From positions 64,001-128,000 of the forward strand of contig CAWENF010000014.1 of NCBI GenBank assembly GCA_963810275.1: 64,000 nucleotides of DNA. The letters run 5' to 3'. The position numbers were made by a program, and so were the translations under genes. The stretch comes from an uncultured archaeon (GTDB taxonomy: Archaea > Thermoproteota > Bathyarchaeia > Bathyarchaeales > Bathycorpusculaceae). How positions within the stretch are numbered: position 1 is the stretch's first letter; every line of letters starts with the position of its first letter. The notes under the pieces were generated by a model, which was not told the DNA's origin, did not search any database, and saw only the letters and a list, made by a program, of their open reading frames with translations. Shown here piece after piece: positions 1 through 8,490 of the stretch.

Positions 1-1381
1 CCTCAAATTCTTCTTCACTTTTACGTTCCTTCTTCTCCTTAATCCAAGCCAAGTAGGCGTCAACGAGGTTGTAGATAATTGGGTCACGGAACACCTTAAC
101 ACCACTTGATTCAGCTTCAATCTCCGCGTCAGGTAGGGCTTTGACGCCGAAAGCCAAAATCGCACCCATTAACGGGTCATGCTGTTTAACAACTGAAGCT
201 TCTATGACGTCGCGTTTGCTAATTTCACCGATATCTGCGCTTCGCACCTGTACGTTGTTGGCTCGCAGGATTTCCGCAAGGGCCTCCAACGAACCCAAGG
301 TGTCAGCTTTAACGATGACGCCGTCGATTTCTTTGGTGATTCGGATTCTACCAACTTCTTCAGTAATCATGCGGCAATACTTGGCTACGTTTTCTCCTGG
401 AGGCACAGCTAACATTGGGGCACCCGCCAAGGCGTCCTCAAGTCCAGGAGCGACGATTTTGACTCCTGCACTGGCGTAGACGCATTCGACTCCGGAAAAT
501 TTGTCTCGGGGGTCACGCATCTCATCCAGCGGCTTTGGAACCAGAATTGTGCGCACGCGTGCGGATATAGGGCCGTCTTTGCCACCAACTACTACCAAGT
601 CGTCCTTGTGTAGCGTGCCATCGTAGACGATTGTGTTTAGGGTCATACCTAAGCCGGGTTCCTCTTTGACTTCTAGTATTGCACCTTTTGCTGGGCCGCC
701 GGTGGTTTGGAGACGTTTTTTGAGGAACTGCTGCGTTAAACCCACAAGTACCATAACGAGCTCTGCGAGTCCCTCGGCGGTTTTGGCGCTAGTAGGCACC
801 AGCGCGATGTTTTGGGTGAAGTCTCGGATGTGGTCGAATCGGTCTGTTTTAAATCCAAGCCTGCTGAAGTCACCCATGATGCGGTAAAGACTGTTGTTCA
901 TTTCCTCTTGAACAAAGTTTGATTGAGTAGCAAAAGACTTTAGAAAAGGCATGCCATGCTGAGGCTTCCAACCAGGGATACGATCGATCTGGTTAACAGC
1001 AACGATAAAGGGAGTTTTACGTGCCTTGAGAATTTCGATACACTCAAAAGTCTGCGCTTCAAAGCCTCTCACAGCGTTCACGACGAGTATGGCGATGTCA
1101 GCGACGCTCCCGCCTCTACGCCTAAGGTTAGTGAACGCTTCATGTCCAGGGGTGTCCACGATTAGGAGACCGGGGATTTCGATACCTGTCTTAAAAGTTG
1201 ACATGTATGGTCCGATAAGTTGTTTTAGGGTTTCCACTGGGAAAAAGCTGGCTCCAATGTGCTGGGTCATGCCGCCTGCTTCGCGGACTTGGACGTTGGT
1301 TTTTCGCAGTTCGTCTAGAAGCGAGGTTTTACCTGAGTCGACGTGTCCGAGAACGCAGACGATTGGTTGACGAGTTGGCAC
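1..1381 (-). CDS. infB: Translation initiation factor aIF5B (IF-2), 3' end runs off the window
   Basis: Manual translation from GTG at 1381 gives MPTRQPIVCVLGHVDSGKTSLLD...EAGGMTQHIGA...DTPGHEAF, the IF2/eIF5B GTPase G1-G3 motifs. Absent from the ORF track because it is truncated by the window edge. Confidence 0.95.
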   Translation of the reverse strand, partial: MPTRQPIVCVLGHVDSGKTSLLDELRKTNVQVREAGGMTQHIGASFFPVETLKQLIGPYMSTFKTGIEIPGLLIVDTPGHEAFTNLRRRGGSVADIAILVVNAVRGFEAQTFECIEILKARKTPFIVAVNQIDRIPGWKPQHGMPFLKSFATQSNFVQEEMNNSLYRIMGDFSRLGFKTDRFDHIRDFTQNIALVPTSAKTAEGLAELVMVLVGLTQQFLKKRLQTTGGPAKGAILEVKEEPGLGMTLNTIVYDGTLHKDDLVVVGGKDGPISARVRTILVPKPLDEMRDPRDKFSGVECVYASAGVKIVAPGLEDALAGAPMLAVPPGENVAKYCRMITEEVGRIRITKEIDGVIVKADTLGSLEALAEILRANNVQVRSADIGEISKRDVIEASVVKQHDPLMGAILAFGVKALPDAEIEAESSGVKVFRDPIIYNLVDAYLAWIKEKKERKSEEEFE

Positions 1382-1534
1382 TTTTGGTCTCCTCTTTGCA
1401 AGTTTATTGGGTTCGGATTGTTAGGGGTTAAGGATTAATAAATACGTTCATGCTATTTTGTGTTTTCAGCTTCTTGTGCTTTCATACTTCGGTAAGCTAT
1501 TATCACTCAAGCTTCCTCTTTGAAGCATGGTAAA

Positions 1535-1856
1535 ATGCTGCCTTTCTGTGTTAAATGGCGGTGCAACCCTAAAAGCTGACGATAAATACTGCATACAATG
1601 CGGTGCAACGACAGCCAAATTAATCAGAGAAGAATTACCAAGTTGCAGGCAAAGATGTAGGCGCCAGAGTACAGGAGCTTTTGCATGAAGGTAATGTAAC
1701 TCGCATAATTGTAAAAGACGAAGCTGGTAAAACTTTGCTGGAAATCCCAGTAACAATGGGTATGGTAGGGATTGTGGTTGCGCCTTGGCTTACGGCTTTG
1801 GCGTGATCGCAGCGTTGGTAACTAACTGCTCAATTGTGATCGAAAGAAGAGAATAA
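1535..1856 (+). pseudogene. Frameshifted zinc-ribbon + DUF4342-like small protein
   Basis: Stitching frames gives PFCVKCGATLKADDKYCIQCGA...VQELLHEGNVTRIIVKDEAGKTLLEIPVT...GVIAALVTNCSIVIERRE*. About three indels are needed. Confidence 0.7.
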
Positions 1857-1862
1857 AGCGGT

Positions 1863-2063
1863 TTACTGTGATGGCTTCAGGATAAGTAGTACTACGCCAA
1901 TTATGAGCAAGACGACGCTGATGAAGCCGAAGAGAGGGCCAAAACCGCTGATTTCTGAGGTTGTAGCGGTGAAGTAAAGCATGACTGCGCCTATAACAAT
2001 TAAAACTAAACCTAATATCCTCTTAATTAGGGAAGCCCAGAACGAATCGCCTTCAGCACTCAT
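1863..2063 (-). CDS. Small two-TM membrane protein
   Basis: 66-aa ORF with two clear hydrophobic helices. Confidence 0.7.
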   Translation of the reverse strand: MSAEGDSFWASLIKRILGLVLIVIGAVMLYFTATTSEISGFGPLFGFISVVLLIIGVVLLILKPSQ

Positions 2064-2410
2064 ACGTTGTTTTGACCCCTGCTTGCCTTTTTATCTTGTG
2101 TTTCTCTGATATAAACAACAGGAGTTATTTTAAATTTTGGTAAACTATGTTTGTTGAGGCATCGATTAATTTAAGGCAATATTGCACAAAAACTGTGTAG
2201 GGCAACATTAATTTAACCAAAACCTGCTAAGCTCAGCCAGTTTAGGGTGTGTTTGGGTTTGCTGAGGTCCCGAATAGACTTAAGGAGAAAAAAGACGCTT
2301 CCACAATCATTCTTAGCAGATACATATCGTAAACAAGAGCCTTCTCAGCCCTAACTAAGCACCTATTTAAAACAAAAAAAGAAAGAGAGATTGTTTAGTT
2401 TTTTCACAGC

Positions 2411-5035
2411 TTACTTTTTGCGAAGAGCAACTATCAATATGGCGATGCCCATAATCACTATAACTGCGATTATGGCGCCTGACATGGGTAGGAAGTATTC
2501 GTCAGCCATTGATGGTGTAGGTTCAGCTGTTGGTACGGTTGTTGCAGCATTGTCCACATAGATTCCTGTTTGAGCACTAGAAGGATAGTATGAGCCTGTG
2601 CCGGTAAAGCTTGCCATAACGGTATATTCTCCTGCAACTTCTGGTGTGAAGACCATCTTGAATGCGCCGCTGATGTCAGTGGTTGTTGTGCCTACTGGGT
2701 AATAGTTACCGTTGGGGTCAACTACGCTGACTGTAACGTCAACACCGGTAGCATTTGTTGGTTTCTCTTGATCCATGTAGACGTATTCCATCCATGCTGC
2801 CTGACTTCCATCAGACATAGCTGGAACGCCACTTGGGAACCGGAACGCCTGCTCACTTTGCGCTGTACCTGAAGAGATGTCAATGACAGTTCCTTCAACA
2901 ATCACTTTATCTCCTTCCATAGAGACCTTAGGTGAAGCTGTCACGGATGTCTGGCTTGGACCTTTAGCAACTGCATAGAGTTGATTGTCATAGTAGTTGT
3001 AGTAAACCAATGTTCCATCTGCTAGTACTGCTGTTGATAAGCCTTGTCCGCCGGTTTGTCCTGACCAGCTAAGCATCTTGTAAATTTCAGACCCATCAGT
3101 AGCATTAATGCAGTAGATACTGTAGCCTTTGTATAGTGGACTGTTTGGAGAGTGCTCATTGTTAAATGCATAGACTTTGCCATCAGCGATAGCTCCGATA
3201 AAGATTGGCATCAAACCCCATGCTGTATCAACACCACTACTTGTATTGTTGTATTTCCAGAGGGTTTCACCTGTTAAGGTATCAATGCAGAACATTTCTC
3301 CACCAAAACCTTGAGTGTAAATGTTTCCGTACGCCGTTGTACATCTTTGACCTGCACCTGAACCGCTACTGAAGAACTGCATTGGCCGGATATCTTCATG
3401 AGTTGCCCATATTTGATTTCCGTTGTCCAGGCTGTAGCCTTGGTATTGCATGTCTTCGGCTGTGGTTGTGGTCCAAACGCGGTTTACTGGATCGATTGGG
3501 CCAAGGTTGAGTGTCATGTTGTTTGAGGGTGCATTATATGATTTCTTCCAAAGCAGGCTGCCTATGCTGTTCTCTTCTAAGCTTAGTGTCCATACTTGGT
3601 ATGGGTTAGCTGTGCCTCTTTCTCTTAGGACACCGGGTGCAATAGATGGTGTTGTGCCAAGCAAGATGTCGCCGGGGATTACATATTGTATAGTTGGGTT
3701 TTCTGATGCTAATGCACCTGTTAGGTCTGCATTGATAGTTACGTTCCATGAATATGCTTGGCTTGCGTCGATGACTTTGCCGACTGGTCTGTATTGCAGT
3801 GCGTTGCTTCCAGATCCTGGTGGGCTTCGTGGTACGTCGTCTGCTGCGGTCCAATTCCATAGTGCTAGCCAGCCTGACTTTGCAGTTCTATCGTAGTTGA
3901 AAACGTATTTGACGATTTCACCTTGGTTAGTATATGCAGTTGTACCAGTTGGAACACCTGTAACATTGAATAGCCATTTACCAGTCAATGAATCCCAAGC
4001 TATCCAAGTGGAGCCGACTGCTTGCCATAGGTAGCCGTTTGGAATTGTCCCGTGCTGGTTTGGTGATTCATAGGTATAGAGTTCGCCGAATGTTGGGTTA
4101 ATGTCTGGGTTTGTCCAGATGATTTCGCCTGTTCGCAAATCTCTACACATATAATCGCCGGCACCTGTTGCGCCCGTGCTGACTTCGTCGCTTAGGGGTG
4201 ATTTATAATAGAGTCTGCCGTCAATGATGAGTGCGTTTTGGAATCTGCCTTCATATGAACCGCCCGAATAGAAAGTAGCGCCGTCAATGCCTGTGTTGAT
4301 GCCGCCAACAACGCCTCCGTCTTCAAGAGGCGCGGTCCACATGATGTGTGGGCTGTCTGGTCCGATTCCGCCGGTTTGCCATAAACTCATACCAGGCTGT
4401 TGGAATGTTCCAAAGTAGTTGGCACTTGAGGCATATGAAGAACTGCCGCTACCTAACCAGTGTGAGCCGATTACGTACCAGTTGAAATCTTCTCCATAGA
4501 TTGGTCTGCTCCAGTACTCGGTTGGAAGCGCCGAGTTAGGTGTCATAGGAACAGGGTCAGCTTGGACAGTCAAAGTTGCTGTTGCATTTGCCGCCAAAAA
4601 TACGACGCCAGTGTATGCATTGTTACCGCCTTCTGCGGATGTCCATGTGTAAGTTTGATCGGGGTAGTAGAAGTCAAATGTGTAGGTTCCTTCCTGATCG
4701 GGGGTAAACGAAGCTGATTGGACACCAGTAGTGTCTGCAACGCGATCCCAAGTTTGCTTGGTTACGTGTCCGTCTGGAGCTGTTATGGTGAGTTGATAAT
4801 CGTGTCGTCTGATGTCATTGGCTTCTGTTGCACTAGGCAAAGGTACGTCAACCATCATAGCGATGTAAGTAGCTTGACCTACACCGACTGGGTTAGGTTC
4901 AACAATAAGATAGGCGAATGAGGTCATTTCGTTTGAAGATTGTGCACTAGCGAGTGGCAATGAAACTACAGGAAAAGCAATGAAGAACGCTAGAATAGCT
5001 GCTAAAATAATGTTTTTTTTGTTTCGATAATTCAT
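2411..5035 (-). CDS. Secreted PQQ-binding-like beta-propeller surface protein with C-terminal TM anchor
   Basis: Signal peptide (MNYRNKKNIILAAILAFF...ASA), repeated propeller motifs (DLRTGEIIW, DTLTGETLWKY, NATDGSEIY), Ig-like C-terminal domain, Thr/Pro linker, TM helix and RKK tail. ATG 5035 is preferred because GGAG/AAGGA lies upstream; the ORF track extends to 5071. Confidence 0.85.
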   Translation of the reverse strand: MNYRNKKNIILAAILAFFIAFPVVSLPLASAQSSNEMTSFAYLIVEPNPVGVGQATYIAMMVDVPLPSATEANDIRRHDYQLTITAPDGHVTKQTWDRVADTTGVQSASFTPDQEGTYTFDFYYPDQTYTWTSAEGGNNAYTGVVFLAANATATLTVQADPVPMTPNSALPTEYWSRPIYGEDFNWYVIGSHWLGSGSSSYASSANYFGTFQQPGMSLWQTGGIGPDSPHIMWTAPLEDGGVVGGINTGIDGATFYSGGSYEGRFQNALIIDGRLYYKSPLSDEVSTGATGAGDYMCRDLRTGEIIWTNPDINPTFGELYTYESPNQHGTIPNGYLWQAVGSTWIAWDSLTGKWLFNVTGVPTGTTAYTNQGEIVKYVFNYDRTAKSGWLALWNWTAADDVPRSPPGSGSNALQYRPVGKVIDASQAYSWNVTINADLTGALASENPTIQYVIPGDILLGTTPSIAPGVLRERGTANPYQVWTLSLEENSIGSLLWKKSYNAPSNNMTLNLGPIDPVNRVWTTTTAEDMQYQGYSLDNGNQIWATHEDIRPMQFFSSGSGAGQRCTTAYGNIYTQGFGGEMFCIDTLTGETLWKYNNTSSGVDTAWGLMPIFIGAIADGKVYAFNNEHSPNSPLYKGYSIYCINATDGSEIYKMLSWSGQTGGQGLSTAVLADGTLVYYNYYDNQLYAVAKGPSQTSVTASPKVSMEGDKVIVEGTVIDISSGTAQSEQAFRFPSGVPAMSDGSQAAWMEYVYMDQEKPTNATGVDVTVSVVDPNGNYYPVGTTTTDISGAFKMVFTPEVAGEYTVMASFTGTGSYYPSSAQTGIYVDNAATTVPTAEPTPSMADEYFLPMSGAIIAVIVIMGIAILIVALRKK

Positions 5036-5148
5036 TTCCTTTTTCTCCGTTTTATGGGAAAAATATTTCAAGTATTCAAGCTTTAAGTTTTTCGCAATTA
5101 ATATCCGTAAAAATAAAATACATAGTCAAACAACCCAAAGATAATTCG

Positions 5149-5825
5149 ATGCCCATGTCAAGCCTCGTTAATTTAACAATCGAAGTGACCTCTGCAATCT
5201 TGTGCTTTGCACTTTTAAGGTTCATGTTCAAACCCTATGAGCTCACAAGCGAGGGCAGATACCTGGGGTTACCATTAGGATTTATGTTTCTTGGATTAGC
5301 TGAAATCTTTCTGGGCACAGGGATTTTTATTAACGTGGAAGAAATAAGAGTGTTCTCCCTTATCCTACGAACTTTCGCATACGTGTTTTTAGCAGCAACA
5401 TATTACTTCTTTACTTCTCCAAAAAACCTACAAGAAACAGCCGAATAATTTGGAACATAACTTTTAGCCTAATCGTCGTGATTTTAGTCGCTCTATCAAT
5501 CGTAATTGTAAACGGTTCAATAATTATTAACCAACCTATGAACCCAAGCATTTATTTCCGAATAATTGCCCTCACATGAATAGGATACATATGCATCCAA
5601 ACCTTAAGAAGCCATATACAAAACCCAGAAAGTGATACGATATGGATTCCCATAGGGTTCATTCTGCTCGGCATAAGCCAGTACTCTTTACTAATTTGGG
5701 CATCAGACGTCAACTATGTTTATGGCATTGCATTTATGGGTGGCTGGATAGCAAGAATAGCCGGATTAAGTATTTTCGTTGCAGTTTATTACTTAACTTT
5801 GCACAAAAGACCTGAAAAACCATGA
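5149..5825 (+). pseudogene. Disrupted multi-TM (about 7 TM) membrane protein
   Basis: An 8-bp tandem duplication TTACTTCT (5403-5418) shifts the frame, and there is an in-frame TGA at 5577. The corrected frame continues through hydrophobic helices to a TGA overlapping the next ATG (ATGA, 5822-5825). Confidence 0.75.
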
Positions 5826-6091
5826 AGCTTCGAAGAGATAGATTAAAAATCTACGGAGATCTCTTGGAATATCTTAGCGCTGAGGCTAACAGCGAAAAAA
5901 TTATCATTACAAAAATTCAGCTAAAAACAAATGTACTTTTTGACAGGTTAAAGAAATATATCGATGAATTGAAGGCGTTGGGCTTAATTGAGGAAAATAA
6001 TCTCAAAGTTACAGAAAAAGGAAAACAATATCTAATAGAGTACGAAGCGGTGCTTCAATTCATGAAGCGAATGGGACTTTCCTACAATTGA
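5822..6091 (+). CDS. Winged helix-turn-helix transcriptional regulator
   Basis: 89 aa with the pattern RRDRLKIYGDLL...TKIQLKTNV.FDRLKKYIDEL..GLI...VTEKGKQYL, typical of small archaeal wHTH regulators. Confidence 0.85.
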   Translation: MKLRRDRLKIYGDLLEYLSAEANSEKIIITKIQLKTNVLFDRLKKYIDELKALGLIEENNLKVTEKGKQYLIEYEAVLQFMKRMGLSYN

Positions 6092-6558
6092 ATGCGCAAT
6101 TAAAAACTAATTAATGACTAAGTTAAACCGGGCTTGCTCTGGGACTTCAGTTTAAAAAGCTAACTAACATGAGAATCTACTCATGCAAATAAACAAGTAC
6201 AGATTTTTTACGCCAATAAAAAAGCAAGCGGGTACTGCATGAATACTCATAATAGCTATGAGTTGGATGAGAAAAAATGTTATAATTTGGGATCATAATG
6301 AACTTAAAAAAACTGTAAACGTCAAAAAACCCGTTTTCTTAGGTTCGAATGTTTCCAGTCAGTGACCACCCGATTGGGATGCATGCTTTTGGTAAGCAGC
6401 AAGGGCTATAACCATGTCAGAGGAAACAATGCCTGTTTTATGGAAAAATAACCAACACATTGTTAAGATAGCTCAAGAATATTTTAAGGAATTATTCAAA
6501 AAAGCAAAATGGAAGCCGTAAAGAAAATAAACATTTACTTTAGAAGGAAAGGACAACT

Positions 6559-7509
6559 ATGCAATCGAAAATAGACGAGATTGACCTTAAAATTCTTAAT
6601 GACTTACTTAAAGATGGGAGGAAGACCTTCGCCGACATAGCCAAAGATTGCGGCACAACAAAAGGCGTTATCGCTCGACGCTTCAAACAAATGGAAGCTA
6701 AAGGAATAATCGTTGGAGCGACAATACAAAACAGTATTGAATGTTATAATAAGAAAATGATAGCGATGATGTACCTTCACATTGAAGAAGGGAAAACCGA
6801 GCAAGTTTTAGAGTTCTTGGCAAATTTTCCTCAAATTACACAGGTTTTTCCGTCTAAGGTGGAGCCACTCGTAATTTTTTGGGTTGTTCTGGGAGACTCA
6901 GAAGAGTTTGAGAGTCTTCGGCAGCGGCTTCTTGATTCACAATTCGTCACCCGCCTGGATTCACAGATCTTTTTTGGAGTGAGAAATCATCCCGAGAACC
7001 TATCGATTTTTAGAAACAAGCCAGAAATAAAAGAAATCAAATGCTCGAGTTTGAAAACAAAAATCAGTGATTTAGATAAATTGTTGATAGAGAAACTGGC
7101 AGCAGACGGTCGAACGACGTTTAGTCAAATCGCTAAAGATTTGGGAACCACCACAGAAACTATCTCGCGCAGATATGAACGACTAAAAAAGGGCGGTTTG
7201 ATACGAGTTATTATCAGAATTGACCCTAGAAAAATTGGCTATGTTGCTTTTTCTTCAATTAGTATTAAACTTTCCAAAGCAGACATAAACATAATAGATA
7301 AACTATCAGAAATTCCGGATATAACCCAAATTCAGCGAACAAGCGGAAAATTCGATTACTGGATGATAGCAATGCTTCGCGATTTAGAGCATCTACTTGA
7401 TATACAGTTCAAAATAAGAGCAATTCGAGGAATAGACAAAATGGAGAGCGACATCATCCCCCTGTTTTTTCCTTGGCCGACATTTAGGGAGTTTAAATCC
7501 ACAGAGTAA
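6559..7509 (+). CDS. Tandem (double) Lrp/AsnC family transcriptional regulator
   Basis: Two Lrp HTH+RAM units: IDEIDLKILNDLLKDGRKTFADIAK and DLDKLLIEKLAADGRTTFSQIAK...SGKFDY. Confidence 0.9.
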   Translation: MQSKIDEIDLKILNDLLKDGRKTFADIAKDCGTTKGVIARRFKQMEAKGIIVGATIQNSIECYNKKMIAMMYLHIEEGKTEQVLEFLANFPQITQVFPSKVEPLVIFWVVLGDSEEFESLRQRLLDSQFVTRLDSQIFFGVRNHPENLSIFRNKPEIKEIKCSSLKTKISDLDKLLIEKLAADGRTTFSQIAKDLGTTTETISRRYERLKKGGLIRVIIRIDPRKIGYVAFSSISIKLSKADINIIDKLSEIPDITQIQRTSGKFDYWMIAMLRDLEHLLDIQFKIRAIRGIDKMESDIIPLFFPWPTFREFKSTE

Positions 7510-7553
7510 GAACCCTTTTCTTTCAGTAGCCCCACACATTTGAAGGGAGACGA

Positions 7554-8321
7554 ATGAAGCTTAGTTTATCCAATGGAATTTTTAGCAAACTCAGCATAGC
7601 CGAAAACTTCGGCGCCGTCAAAAAGCTGGGTTTTACACAAATCGAGTTTAACATGAAATCCATCAAAAAGGAACACGACACCGACGTGTACCGAGAACAA
7701 AGGGCACTGACCGCGTCCGGTCTTAACTGCATCACCCTGCACTCGGCTGTTTTGCACGTTAAAGATCCCATTGAAGTGCACCAAGCCGTCTACTACAGCA
7801 AAATCTCGCTAGAATGCGCCCGAGCCCTCAAAGCATCCCTGATGACTGTGCACTCCGACATCGCCAAGAAACTGCCGCCAAACTTGCGGGAAGAGTCTCT
7901 CCTTGAAGTTTTTGGGCACATCAAACCGTTCGCTAGAAAGCTTGGCGTCAAATTGTCGCTTGAGAATCTGTCGTTTAACTCTACAGGATATGGCAAAAAC
8001 GTGGAACAACTCGAAGAAATCCTCTCCGTAATAGACCCAGAAAGCGAGTTCGGATTCACGTTTGACTTGTGCCACGCATTGGAAACCAACGTAGTTGACG
8101 AGTTACTTGACAGGTACGGAAGCAGAGTCTGTAACGTTCACATGGCAAACAAATCGCATGTACCTTTCACTGAACCTAAACCCGAATTAGTCAGCTTCCT
8201 TGATGCATTACATGGTTACGGCTACGAGGGACCGATTACTTTAGAATTGAAGCACGGTACCAGCATGCAGGAAATAGCAAAAAGTAAAGACCTCTTTGAT
8301 AGTCTGCTTGAAAAGTACTAA
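7554..8321 (+). CDS. Sugar phosphate isomerase/epimerase (xylose-isomerase-like TIM barrel)
   Basis: Metal-binding motifs LSLEN, FDLCH, NVHM and ITLE, plus GFTQIEF. Confidence 0.85.
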   Translation: MKLSLSNGIFSKLSIAENFGAVKKLGFTQIEFNMKSIKKEHDTDVYREQRALTASGLNCITLHSAVLHVKDPIEVHQAVYYSKISLECARALKASLMTVHSDIAKKLPPNLREESLLEVFGHIKPFARKLGVKLSLENLSFNSTGYGKNVEQLEEILSVIDPESEFGFTFDLCHALETNVVDELLDRYGSRVCNVHMANKSHVPFTEPKPELVSFLDALHGYGYEGPITLELKHGTSMQEIAKSKDLFDSLLEKY

Positions 8322-8490
8322 CGGAAATGAGAAGTTACGTGAAGCTAAAATAGTCTTTTACTGAATACATCAACTAGTTTAATAGAAAGGTAGAGAACTT
8401 TTTTTAAATAACAAAGCAATTTTGATAGCTCAATACAAGTTATGGTTCACAATCGCCTAACGTAGGAAGAGAGTTGCTGGAGCAAAAAAA

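Noticed and set aside
141-1370. Plus-strand ORFs over infB, and the many antisense ORFs over housekeeping genes
   Set aside because: Shadow frames of well-supported genes on the opposite strand, with no recognisable motifs.
5577-5579. In-frame TGA at a plausible Cys position (selenocysteine?)
   Set aside because: It lies in a TM helix with no redox motif, the gene has a second independent lesion, and no SECIS-like element was recognised.
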